Assembly: GCA_964456475.1 (NCBI GenBank)
Contig: CAYVZI010000003.1
Span: 14,092-78,091 of the forward strand
DNA length: 64,000 nucleotides
Source: an uncultured Candidatus Saccharibacteria bacterium
GTDB taxonomy: Bacteria > Patescibacteriota > Minisyncoccia > Phycocordibacterales > UBA9973
Direction of reading: 5' to 3'
Position 1 is the stretch's first letter. Each line of letters starts with the position of its first letter. Shown here piece by piece: positions 1 to 8,082 of this stretch. The notes below the pieces were generated by a model, which saw only the letters and a list, made by a program, of their open reading frames with translations, was not told the DNA's origin and ran no database searches. The translations under genes and the position numbers were made by a program.

Positions 1-79
1 ATATGTCTACGATGGGGAACCACGTATGATCTGGGTTTTGTATGAAATAGTTCCTAACGTCGTCTAATAGGGTGCACAA
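1..79. repeat. Direct repeat copy 1 (att-like), may extend left of the window
   Basis: Ungapped 66/79 identity to 2858-2936, including a perfect 26-nt core atgaaatagttcctaacgtcgtctaa. Confidence 0.9.
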
Positions 80-80
80 C

Positions 81-113
81 GAAAAACACCCTTACTCTGT
101 AAGGGTGTTTTTC
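81..113. terminator. Intrinsic terminator-like hairpin
   Basis: gaaaaacacccttac-tct-gtaagggtgtttttc perfect inverted repeat. Confidence 0.75.
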
Positions 114-171
114 TATACAAAATTGAGGTTGGAACCTGTTATACTTTTTATGCAAGTAAAAATGTAACTCT

Positions 172-1140
172 ATGTTTTCCTCAATTTTATTTCTCATAAT
201 TGGCCTCCTGCTTATTATTTTTGGAGCAGACTATTTCATAGCTGGCAGCTCGCTCGTCGCAAAGCGTTTTGGTATCCCCAAGCTCATAATTGGACTCACT
301 GTCGTCGCACTCGGCACTTCCGCCCCGGAATTTGGAGTCAACATTATTGCATCTATCCAAGGTCACAGCGAATTGGCACTCGGAAACATTCTGGGAAGCA
401 ATATCTCCAATGTTCTCGTGATTTTTGCTGGAGCTGCTATCTTTGCGAAAAAGGTTTTTATTTCAAAAAACAGCCTGACGCAGGTTTCCCTCACTGTACT
501 CGTCTCGTTTGTGGTGTTCGCACTCAGTATATTTTCATTCGGAGCCGAATCGAGAACGATCGTGCAGATCGAGGGGCTGGTACTGCTCGTCCTCGGCTTT
601 TTCTATTGGTTCTATCTCTACAAAATCACAAAGGCTGAGACAGAACGTCTGGAGGGTGATGATATTTCCGATAACAAACTGTCAAAGGTTTCATCTGTCG
701 CGTGGGTAATGATTATCACGCTTGCAAGCCTTATCGCGCTTCTGTACGGAAGTAATCTTGTAACGAATAGCGCGGTGTTCATAGCCCAGTCATTTGGTAT
801 TTCAGAGCTTGTTATAGCGGGAACGATTATTGCCATTGGCACATCGCTACCTGAGCTTGTTACCTCTATTCAGGCAGTAAGACAGAAACAGTTTGACCTC
901 ATGCTCGGAAATATTGTCGGTTCGAATATCGTAAATACGCTGTTCATTCTTGGGGCAAGTGTGCTAATTCGAGCCGTCCCCGTCGGAAATGATGCTATGC
1001 CATATCTTTATGTGAACAGCATTGCGCCGATATTGCTTCTTGTAGGGTTCACCCTCTTTGCACCGAGAGCATTCAAGCGTTGGCAGGCGATTTTTCTGCT
1101 AGCCGCTTACGGTATATTTTTAGTGTTCACTTTGTATTAA
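172..1140 (+). CDS. Calcium/sodium antiporter (CaCA, YrbG-like)
   Basis: Two alpha-repeats GTSAPE..GNILGSN and GTSLPE..GNIVGSN; multiple TM segments. Confidence 0.92.
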   Translation: MFSSILFLIIGLLLIIFGADYFIAGSSLVAKRFGIPKLIIGLTVVALGTSAPEFGVNIIASIQGHSELALGNILGSNISNVLVIFAGAAIFAKKVFISKNSLTQVSLTVLVSFVVFALSIFSFGAESRTIVQIEGLVLLVLGFFYWFYLYKITKAETERLEGDDISDNKLSKVSSVAWVMIITLASLIALLYGSNLVTNSAVFIAQSFGISELVIAGTIIAIGTSLPELVTSIQAVRQKQFDLMLGNIVGSNIVNTLFILGASVLIRAVPVGNDAMPYLYVNSIAPILLLVGFTLFAPRAFKRWQAIFLLAAYGIFLVFTLY

Positions 1141-1437
1141 ATGTGCGGAGAGAACCACCAAGATTCATTGAAATATTGTCAATAGTTGGCACAAAAGCTC
1201 CAATTCTAGGGGCTTTTTGGGAATTCCTACAGCTTGCTATTCGGGTTTTCGCTTATTTTGCTTGCATTGACCTCATATGGGCCTATACTTTAACTGAGCC
1301 GTATATTCCTGAAATTAACAGATCGGCACTTATTAATTGCACTATAACGTTCCAGTTTTTAGAAGAGTCGCTTAAAAGAATAGAAGATATTGGCCTTCGT
1401 GAACATACCACAAGGCATTTCTTTAATTTGAATTTAT

Positions 1438-2817
1438 ATGATCACCGTTATTGTTCCAACCCTTAACGAAGAAGAGACTGTCGGCGCTGTGGTGCGTTTT
1501 GCCCTCTCGTCTCAAAATGTGGCTGAAGTGGTCGTTGTCGATGACAAATCGTCCGACAGGACTGTCACCATTGCTCAGGAAGCCGGAGCTAAGGTCATTA
1601 CTAGCACGAAACTTGGCAAAGGGGCTTCCATGAAGGATGCGATCTTATGTGCGAAAAGCGAGATCCTCGTTTTTCTCGATGGGGACATTGACCCATACCC
1701 TTTGGGAACGATCGAGCTTCTTGCCGGGCCGATCGAGGAGGGCAGGGCGGATTTTGTAAAATCTACATTTAGCCGGAATGCGGGACGCGTTACAGAGCTT
1801 GTTGCGAAGCCGCTCCTCAGTATTTTCTTTCCGGAACTGCTCAAATTCGGGCAGCCATTGTCGGGAATGATAGCTGGGAAAAAATCCCTGTTTGAAACTC
1901 TCGATTTCAGCGACGATTATGGGGTGGATATCGGTATTTTGATTGATATGCATACACAAAAAGCGAGAATAGAGGAAGTTCAAATTGGATATATTGAAAA
2001 TAAAAGCAAGCCTTGGCAGGAGCTCGGCAAAATGAGCAAAGAAGTGGCGCAGATGATAATCCTGAAGGCCTCAACTTCAGGCAATGCTCAAATAAACTTT
2101 GAAAACCTCGGCATTATAAATGAAATCCGGTCGCAGATGGATTTTCCGATCACGGAACAGTCGAAAAAGCTTAAAAAACTCATTGTCTTCGATCTCGACA
2201 ATACCATCCTCGTCGGACGGTTCATCGATGAGTGCGCCCGAAAGTTCCGCTTTAAGGGTAAACTTGCTGCTTTGCGGGCAAAGGAAAAAGATCCTGTTAT
2301 TTTGACAAAGCATATCGCACTCCTGCTTAAAGGGGTCAACTTTGGTGAGCTGATAAAAGTCCTCGATGGGATACCGCTTGTGAAAGATACCAAAGAAGTT
2401 ATTGCCGAACTTAAGCAGAGGGGCTATGTGACAGGGATAATCTCCGACAGTTACGATTTCGTAGTCAATCACATCAAGAACAGTCTCGGCATGGAGTTTT
2501 CCATCGGGAATGAGCTTGAATTCTCGAAAAGCCTATGTACCGGCGAGGTGAAGATACCATCCCATCTAATCAGGAATGAAAAAAGCCTCAATGACCTTCC
2601 TGTGTGCAAGACAAACGCGCTCATGCATATCCTCGACAAGTACGGCATTCGAATGAAGAACTGCATTGCCGTGGGAGATGGGATCAACGATCTCGGAATG
2701 ATAAAAGAGGCGGGGCTCGGAGTGGCTTTCTGTTCGAGCGAACCGCTCCTTAATTATCATGCAGATATTATTATTTCCAAGAGGTCATTCAACGGGTTAC
2801 TGAAGAGTGCGCTCTAG
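1438..2817 (+). CDS. Glucosyl-3-phosphoglycerate synthase-like GT-A domain fused to a SerB-like HAD phosphatase
   Basis: N-term PTLNEE, DGD, GRVTELVAKPLL, QPLSG, YGVDIG; C-term FDLDNT and GDGIND HAD motifs. Confidence 0.8.
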   Translation: MITVIVPTLNEEETVGAVVRFALSSQNVAEVVVVDDKSSDRTVTIAQEAGAKVITSTKLGKGASMKDAILCAKSEILVFLDGDIDPYPLGTIELLAGPIEEGRADFVKSTFSRNAGRVTELVAKPLLSIFFPELLKFGQPLSGMIAGKKSLFETLDFSDDYGVDIGILIDMHTQKARIEEVQIGYIENKSKPWQELGKMSKEVAQMIILKASTSGNAQINFENLGIINEIRSQMDFPITEQSKKLKKLIVFDLDNTILVGRFIDECARKFRFKGKLAALRAKEKDPVILTKHIALLLKGVNFGELIKVLDGIPLVKDTKEVIAELKQRGYVTGIISDSYDFVVNHIKNSLGMEFSIGNELEFSKSLCTGEVKIPSHLIRNEKSLNDLPVCKTNALMHILDKYGIRMKNCIAVGDGINDLGMIKEAGLGVAFCSSEPLLNYHADIIISKRSFNGLLKSAL

Positions 2818-2825
2818 GGTCATGA

Positions 2826-3160
2826 TTACGATACTGACGATATTTTTTCCAGCCTCCATATATCCACAATAGGGAACCAGGTATGATCGGCATTTCTGAT
2901 GAAATAGTTCCTAACGTCGTCTAACAGGGAGCACAAGTAAGATGCCCTCGACGATTACGTCTAGGCGGTTTTTCGTGCGCGAGAAGTAAACCATTGGTTT
3001 ACGTGAAGACTTGAAAGCTCGGGCGGGGACCCATTCAGCAGAATGGGGCGCACGAGCAGGGCCGAGAAATTTTTTGAGTGGCGACGAAAAAAATGTTCTT
3101 GGTCAAGACATAATTCTATTGTGAACAAGACAGACTTGAAATCCTCAGCGTTGACTGGAG
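2826..3160 (-). pseudogene. Possible degraded C-terminus of a site-specific recombinase
   Basis: One frame with two stops: LLNGSPPELS..RKTA*T*SSRASYLCSLLDDVRNYF..; resemblance to CPR serine recombinase tails is from recall only. Confidence 0.35.
2858..2936. repeat. Direct repeat copy 2 (att-like)
   Basis: Matches 1-79. Confidence 0.9.
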
Positions 3161-3195
3161 AATAATGCCGGGGAAAATTTTGATATACTACACAT

Positions 3196-3567
3196 ATGGA
3201 AAACACAAAAATTAAGAATCTTGCATTTGGCGTCGTGGGTATTATCATCGGACTTATAATTTCTTTTTATTTTTATGGCAATAAAAATGACAATACCATT
3301 GCTCATCAGTCGATGAATGAGGGAAGTATGCATGACACTATGACAGGTATGGTCTCTGGGCTTTCGGGTAAAACAGGCGATGCGTTTGATAAAGCATTTA
3401 TCGACGAAATGATTACTCATCATGAAGGCGCAGTTGTAATGGCAGAGAGTGCACTCAAGAATGCAAAACACCAGGAGATTAAGGACATGGCAGATGCTAT
3501 TATTTCTGCACAGACAAAGGAAATTAATCAGATGAAGGAATGGCGTTCATCTTGGTACGGAAATTAA
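3196..3567 (+). CDS. DUF305 / CopM-like ferritin-fold metal-binding protein
   Basis: N-term TM; FDKAFIDEMITHHEGAVVMA..IISAQTKEINQM. Confidence 0.85.
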   Translation: MENTKIKNLAFGVVGIIIGLIISFYFYGNKNDNTIAHQSMNEGSMHDTMTGMVSGLSGKTGDAFDKAFIDEMITHHEGAVVMAESALKNAKHQEIKDMADAIISAQTKEINQMKEWRSSWYGN

Positions 3568-3608
3568 ATGGAGAAAAAGTACTCATTCGGGTATAATGGT
3601 ACCTGTTC

Positions 3609-4157
3609 ATGATTGACCTAGAATCCATCAAGAAGACCCATTATATTTCCTTATTTGTACTTATCGTTATCGCGGGAAGTCTTATTTTGCTTGTCCAAAA
3701 AACGAACGAAATACGTTCTGCGACATTCGAGACTCTTCACAAAACAGCAACTTCACCAGTTTTTGTTGATTATTCAAACAAGCCAAGTGCGACGATCGGA
3801 AGCACGCGAGTCTTTTTGGAGGTTGCACAAACAAGCGGGCAAATACAAAAAGGATTGTCTGGTCGCCCGTCACTGGGTTTACAGAACGGAATGCTTTTTG
3901 TTTTTCCTAAGCCTGCGATATACAAGTTTTGGATGCCAAACATGCATTTTCCGCTCGATATGATTTGGATTCACAATGGCAAAGTTGTGGATATATCTGA
4001 AAACGTGCCAGTCGCTTTCGATACCGCCAACCCGATTTTTTATAGACCAAAAGTTCCAGCTCAATATGTAATCGAGGTAAATGCCGGATTCAGTTCTCGT
4101 CACGGTATTACAGTGGGGGATGTGGTTGTGTTCAAAAATATCTCCCGAAAACAATGA
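3609..4157 (+). CDS. DUF192 family protein
   Basis: KGLSGR..GMLFVF..FWMPNMHFPLDMIWI..YVIEVNAG. Confidence 0.9.
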   Translation: MIDLESIKKTHYISLFVLIVIAGSLILLVQKTNEIRSATFETLHKTATSPVFVDYSNKPSATIGSTRVFLEVAQTSGQIQKGLSGRPSLGLQNGMLFVFPKPAIYKFWMPNMHFPLDMIWIHNGKVVDISENVPVAFDTANPIFYRPKVPAQYVIEVNAGFSSRHGITVGDVVVFKNISRKQ

Positions 4158-5179
4158 TTATACAAGAAGCAACAAATTTTAGTCCCGAAGCATGGGATTC
4201 ATTTATACGTGAACATTATCCACCGGTGGGGGCTTTTATGCAGACGTTTGCTTGGGGTGAGTTTCAAAAGGAACTCGGGCGATCCGTTACTCGATATGAG
4301 ATCAGAGACAATGAGGAGATAATTGCAGTTTTTACTTATGTTGAACACATGCTCCGTTTTGGGTATGCATACGGATATATTCCCCGTGGCCCAGTGGTAT
4401 TGTCGAGTATCGATTCAAAAAAGATTCCCGAAATACTGAGTGCTATTGGTGTGTGGTCAAAAAAACAATTTCCTCATCTTATTTTCTTACGAGTTGAGCC
4501 ACCAGTGCCGTTTTTAAACGAGTACAAGCTCCCTCACTTTTGGTTTCCTGCAAATTATATCCAGCCAAAATACAATGCAACCATAGACGTTACGAAGAGT
4601 GAAGAGGAAATACTCGGTTCTTTCCATCCTTCCACTCGTTCAAACGTGAAGCGAGCAGAAAAACGCGGAGTTTCAGTCACAATGAAAGAGAGCATTGATA
4701 CCTCAGAGTATCAAGTTTTTGTGGAGATGATGAAAGATACAATCAAGCGCAATAGTGGACAGAACGCGTATTCCGGCGATGCATATTTTCGAGCCCTGTT
4801 TGAAACTGTTCCGTTTACTGTATTTTATGGACACCACGAAGGCAAAATTGTTTCAGCCCATTTTGTTTTATTTTTTGGAGAGACTGCTACCTATTTGTAT
4901 GGTGCTTCACATACGGCACATTTGAAATCAAAGATTGATACTTACTTACATTGGACAGCGATGAAAGAAGCAAAGAGACGAGGTTGTAAGTGGTATGACT
5001 TAGGCGGTATCGATTCAAAGCGTTGGCCGAGTCTGACTGCATACAAGCGCCAGTATCGTGGTCGTGAATTTGAGTATATAGGTACTATCGAGATCCCGTT
5101 TCGTTTGCCTCACTATCTCATATATACTGTGGCGAGAAACGCAAAAATATGGTTTTCAAAAATCACTTCAAGAAAATAA
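4154..5179 (+). CDS. FemABX family peptidoglycan bridge aminoacyltransferase
   Basis: FMQTFAWGEFQ, YIPRGP, RSNVKRAEKRGV, YLYGAS, YDLGG. Confidence 0.88.
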   Translation: MIIQEATNFSPEAWDSFIREHYPPVGAFMQTFAWGEFQKELGRSVTRYEIRDNEEIIAVFTYVEHMLRFGYAYGYIPRGPVVLSSIDSKKIPEILSAIGVWSKKQFPHLIFLRVEPPVPFLNEYKLPHFWFPANYIQPKYNATIDVTKSEEEILGSFHPSTRSNVKRAEKRGVSVTMKESIDTSEYQVFVEMMKDTIKRNSGQNAYSGDAYFRALFETVPFTVFYGHHEGKIVSAHFVLFFGETATYLYGASHTAHLKSKIDTYLHWTAMKEAKRRGCKWYDLGGIDSKRWPSLTAYKRQYRGREFEYIGTIEIPFRLPHYLIYTVARNAKIWFSKITSRK

Positions 5180-6219
5180 TCGCGGGCATCATTCTTGTCA
5201 TTATTGCAACGGCGGTATTTTTCTCTATTCAAAACAGGAACCCAAAAGTATCGGAACAAGTCGGTGTTGATCCAAAAATACTCCAGTCTGAAAAAGTCAC
5301 GCCGGAAATTCTACCGGTCTCATTGTTGCTTGATAATGGGGGATGGTACGCTGCTCAAACGTTCAACAACTGTGCGCCAGCAGCTCTTTCGATGAGTTTG
5401 GCCTATTATGGAATATATGTAGATCAGCAAACGATAGCGAATACATTGCGACCAAACAACAATACTTCGGGGAAAAATGACGAGAAATCTACTCCTCCCG
5501 AACAGATTGCAGCAGAAGCAGAAAAGCATAGTCTTGTTGCATACTATCGTCCAAATGGCAGTATCGATCTTCTCAAAAGAATGAACGCCGCAGGTTTTCC
5601 GGTGATTGTGCGCACTCGACTCAATACAAAAGAAGATTACGCTCATTATCGAGTAGTTAAGGGATACAACGATATAGATAGAGTGATTATTCAAGAAGAC
5701 GGGTACGAAGGGGAACATGTTGCGTATTCATATACTGAATTTGAGCAGTTGTGGAAACCTTTCCATAATGAATACGTAGTGTTTGCAACACCTGAGAAAA
5801 AGACAAAATTAGAATCAATACTTGGGGCTAATTTGAACGAGTTTGCCGCTTGGAAAGAAGCTGTAGTTAAAGCCGGTACCCCGTTTGCTCTTTCTGTTGC
5901 GTTGTATCACCTTGGAGACTATCAAGGGTCCGTAGATGCGTTCAAAAAAGCCGAACCTGCTTTGACCAAACATGCCCTCTGGTATCACATTGAACCGATT
6001 AAAAGTTTGTATGAGTTGGGGGAGTACGAAAAAGTATTTTCACTGGCGGATCAAATCTTCAAAGATGGAAATGTTGCATACACCGAATTGTATGTGGTTC
6101 TCGGCAAGAGCTACTTGAAGCAGGGGAATACAACTGCTGCTCGAATCGCATTTGAAACAGCGCTTCGTTATAATAAAAATTTCAAGTCTGCGCAAGAAGC
6201 ACTTGCAGAGATGCATTAA
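5149..6219 (+). CDS. Membrane-anchored C39-like cysteine peptidase with C-terminal TPRs
   Basis: QTFNNCAPAAL, HYRVVKGY, TPR-like C-terminus. Confidence 0.8.
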   Translation: MVFKNHFKKIIAGIILVIIATAVFFSIQNRNPKVSEQVGVDPKILQSEKVTPEILPVSLLLDNGGWYAAQTFNNCAPAALSMSLAYYGIYVDQQTIANTLRPNNNTSGKNDEKSTPPEQIAAEAEKHSLVAYYRPNGSIDLLKRMNAAGFPVIVRTRLNTKEDYAHYRVVKGYNDIDRVIIQEDGYEGEHVAYSYTEFEQLWKPFHNEYVVFATPEKKTKLESILGANLNEFAAWKEAVVKAGTPFALSVALYHLGDYQGSVDAFKKAEPALTKHALWYHIEPIKSLYELGEYEKVFSLADQIFKDGNVAYTELYVVLGKSYLKQGNTTAARIAFETALRYNKNFKSAQEALAEMH

Positions 6220-6254
6220 TTTTAGATAAGAGTTCTGTACGGTATAATATCTAT

Positions 6255-6590
6255 ATGGCAAAATTGAAAGAATCACAATGTATTCCATGTAACGATAAGG
6301 ACTTGAAACCGCTTACCAAGATCGAAGCAGAGCTCTTGATGACCGAGCTCACCGGATGGGAATTGTCGCGTGACAGTAAGTCGATCGACAAAAGCATGGT
6401 CTTTAAGAATTTCGATAAAGCTATGGATTTTGTGAATATGGTTGCCGATGTAGCCGAATTTGAACAGCATCATCCAGATATCGATATACGATACAACAAA
6501 GTAGAACTCGTCTTGTCGACCCATTCTATCGGCGGACTATCCCGCAATGATTTTATTGTCGCCGCCAAGATTGACGCGATTTATTTGTAA
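6255..6590 (+). CDS. phhB: Pterin-4-alpha-carbinolamine dehydratase
   Basis: AEFEQHHPDI..THSIGGLSRNDFIVAAKID. Confidence 0.9.
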   Translation: MAKLKESQCIPCNDKDLKPLTKIEAELLMTELTGWELSRDSKSIDKSMVFKNFDKAMDFVNMVADVAEFEQHHPDIDIRYNKVELVLSTHSIGGLSRNDFIVAAKIDAIYL

Positions 6591-6612
6591 TCTTAATTTT
6601 TAATTATTTTTT

Positions 6613-7050
6613 ATGTATTACCACATTCTACTCGCACTCATTGGTCTCGCCGGTTTTTGTATCGCTTCGTACATTTCTCATTGCAAAAATAAAAAGAAAC
6701 CACTCGTGTGTCCGCTTCGCACAAGTTGTGATTTTGTTACGACGAGTGACTATTCAAAATTTCTCGGGATCCACATCGAACACATTGGAATGGCATATTA
6801 TGCCATTGTGACATTGTTGCATTTCAGTATCGTATTCTTCCCTGAATTTGCTACATTTCCTGTTTTGTTGGCAGGACTCACCGCCTCGTCTTGTGCTTTT
6901 CTCTTTTCTTTATATCTCACCGGTATTCAGGCGTTTGTACTTAAGCAATGGTGCACTTGGTGCATTACATCAGCGGTTCTCTGCGCATTAATATTTGTAA
7001 CCACCTATCTTTCTTGGACCGGGGCACCGATTCTCGACATTCTCTCATAA
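6613..7050 (+). CDS. Vitamin K epoxide reductase (VKOR) family disulfide-formation protein
   Basis: CP...SCDFVTTSDYSKFLGI, WCTWC. Confidence 0.9.
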   Translation: MYYHILLALIGLAGFCIASYISHCKNKKKPLVCPLRTSCDFVTTSDYSKFLGIHIEHIGMAYYAIVTLLHFSIVFFPEFATFPVLLAGLTASSCAFLFSLYLTGIQAFVLKQWCTWCITSAVLCALIFVTTYLSWTGAPILDILS

Positions 7051-7187
7051 AACTCGCTTTTTAAACGTTTTTTTGTTATAACTGCTAGCGAGGAAGCCAG
7101 CGAAAGCTTGCTTTTATTGGGTCCGAGCGAAGCAGTTATATGTGCTCATATAACATAAGGCTTGTTTTTCTTAAGAAAAACCAATAT

Positions 7188-7263
7188 GGAGGCTATGGTG
7201 TAACGGTTAACACTGAGGTTTGTGGAACCTTCGATTCGGGTTCGATTCCCGATAGCCTCCCCA
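7188..7263 (+). tRNA. tRNA-His(GTG) with encoded G-1 and CCA
   Basis: Acceptor GAGGCTA/TAGCCTC, anticodon arm gaggt-ttGTGga-acctt, GGTTCGATTCC T-arm. Confidence 0.96.
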
Positions 7264-7475
7264 AATAAAAATCCCGGCTTTTGGCCGGGATTTTTATTTG
7301 GAGGACTAAGCGAGACAACTGCTTGTCTCGCGTGCGGGAATCGAAAGCCGCAGCCTACGAAGTCCGATGTACTCATCGGTAGGAGAGGTGGGGTCGAGAA
7401 CACTTAGTCCTCGCAATGTGTACTCACCTGAGAAGACTTAGTGATTCGTGACCGATTCCCGATAGCCTCCCCAAA
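7243..7475 (+). repeat. 23-bp duplication of the tRNA-His 3' end enclosing a structured ~190-nt element
   Basis: cgattcccgatagcctccccaaa at 7243-7265 and 7453-7475. Confidence 0.85.
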
Positions 7476-7480
7476 ATTTA

Positions 7481-7510
7481 CAAAATACCGCCCATTAGGG
7501 CGGTATTTTG
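7481..7510. terminator. Bidirectional terminator
   Basis: caaaataccgcc...ggcggtattttg hairpin between convergent units. Confidence 0.8.
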
Positions 7511-7523
7511 TAGGAAGAATGTC

Positions 7524-7922
7524 TTATATAGATTGAGTGCAATGCGCACAACGTTTTGCATTGATTGGAACCTTGCTTAAACACTCAGCGCATTCTTTGT
7601 GTGTCGGCGCCTTCGGATTTTTCTTTTCTGCTCGAGCAATGAGGAGGTTCATTGGCTTGATGACAAAGAAGAATATAGAACTTGCAACGAGCAAGAATGA
7701 GATGAGGCTATTAAGGAAATGCCCGTACATAAATTTGCTTCCGTTTATAACAAATGAAAGACTTGAAAAGTCTGGTGTTTTGGCGATTGCTCCTATAAGG
7801 GGAGTGAGGAGATCTGTAACAAGCGCAGTTACAATAGTACCAAATGCTGCACCGATCACGACACCGACTGCCAAATCGACGACGTTTCCTCGAAGTAAAA
7901 ATTGTTTAAATTCATTAAGCAT
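7524..7922 (-). CDS. mscL: Large-conductance mechanosensitive channel with C-terminal CxxC..CxxC
   Basis: EFKQFLLRGNVVDLAVGVVIGAAF; start placed at ATG 7922. Confidence 0.95.
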   Translation of the reverse strand: MLNEFKQFLLRGNVVDLAVGVVIGAAFGTIVTALVTDLLTPLIGAIAKTPDFSSLSFVINGSKFMYGHFLNSLISFLLVASSIFFFVIKPMNLLIARAEKKNPKAPTHKECAECLSKVPINAKRCAHCTQSI

Positions 7923-7958
7923 GCAGAAAGTGTACTTGAAAATGTTGATTTTTGGCAC

Positions 7959-8070
7959 TTGACACGAATTATTACGATAGTATACTTGTTGTATGTTTAT
8001 ATACTGTTATAAGCTAATTAATACAATCAGCCCAAAGAGCATCTACTAACTCCGCGAAAGCGGTTTTTTT
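7959..8070 (+). promoter_or_regulatory. Promoter, 18-codon uORF (7993-8049) and terminator: candidate attenuator
   Basis: TTGACA-16-TATACT; MFIYCYKLINTISPKSIY*; ccgc-gaaa-gcgg-T7. Confidence 0.6.
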
Positions 8071-8082
8071 CTTGCCAAAATT

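Noticed and set aside
1080-1466. 128-aa ORF between the antiporter and the glycosyltransferase
   Set aside because: Overlaps both neighbours, has a non-ATG start and shows no motif support.
7119-7135. SRP RNA (gggtccgagcgaagcag resembles the SRP loop)
   Set aside because: Lacks the GGAA tetraloop and the symmetric helix-8 pairing.
7146-7407. ORFs 7146-7403 and 7222-7407
   Set aside because: They overlap tRNA-His and palindromic sequence, so they are likely spurious.
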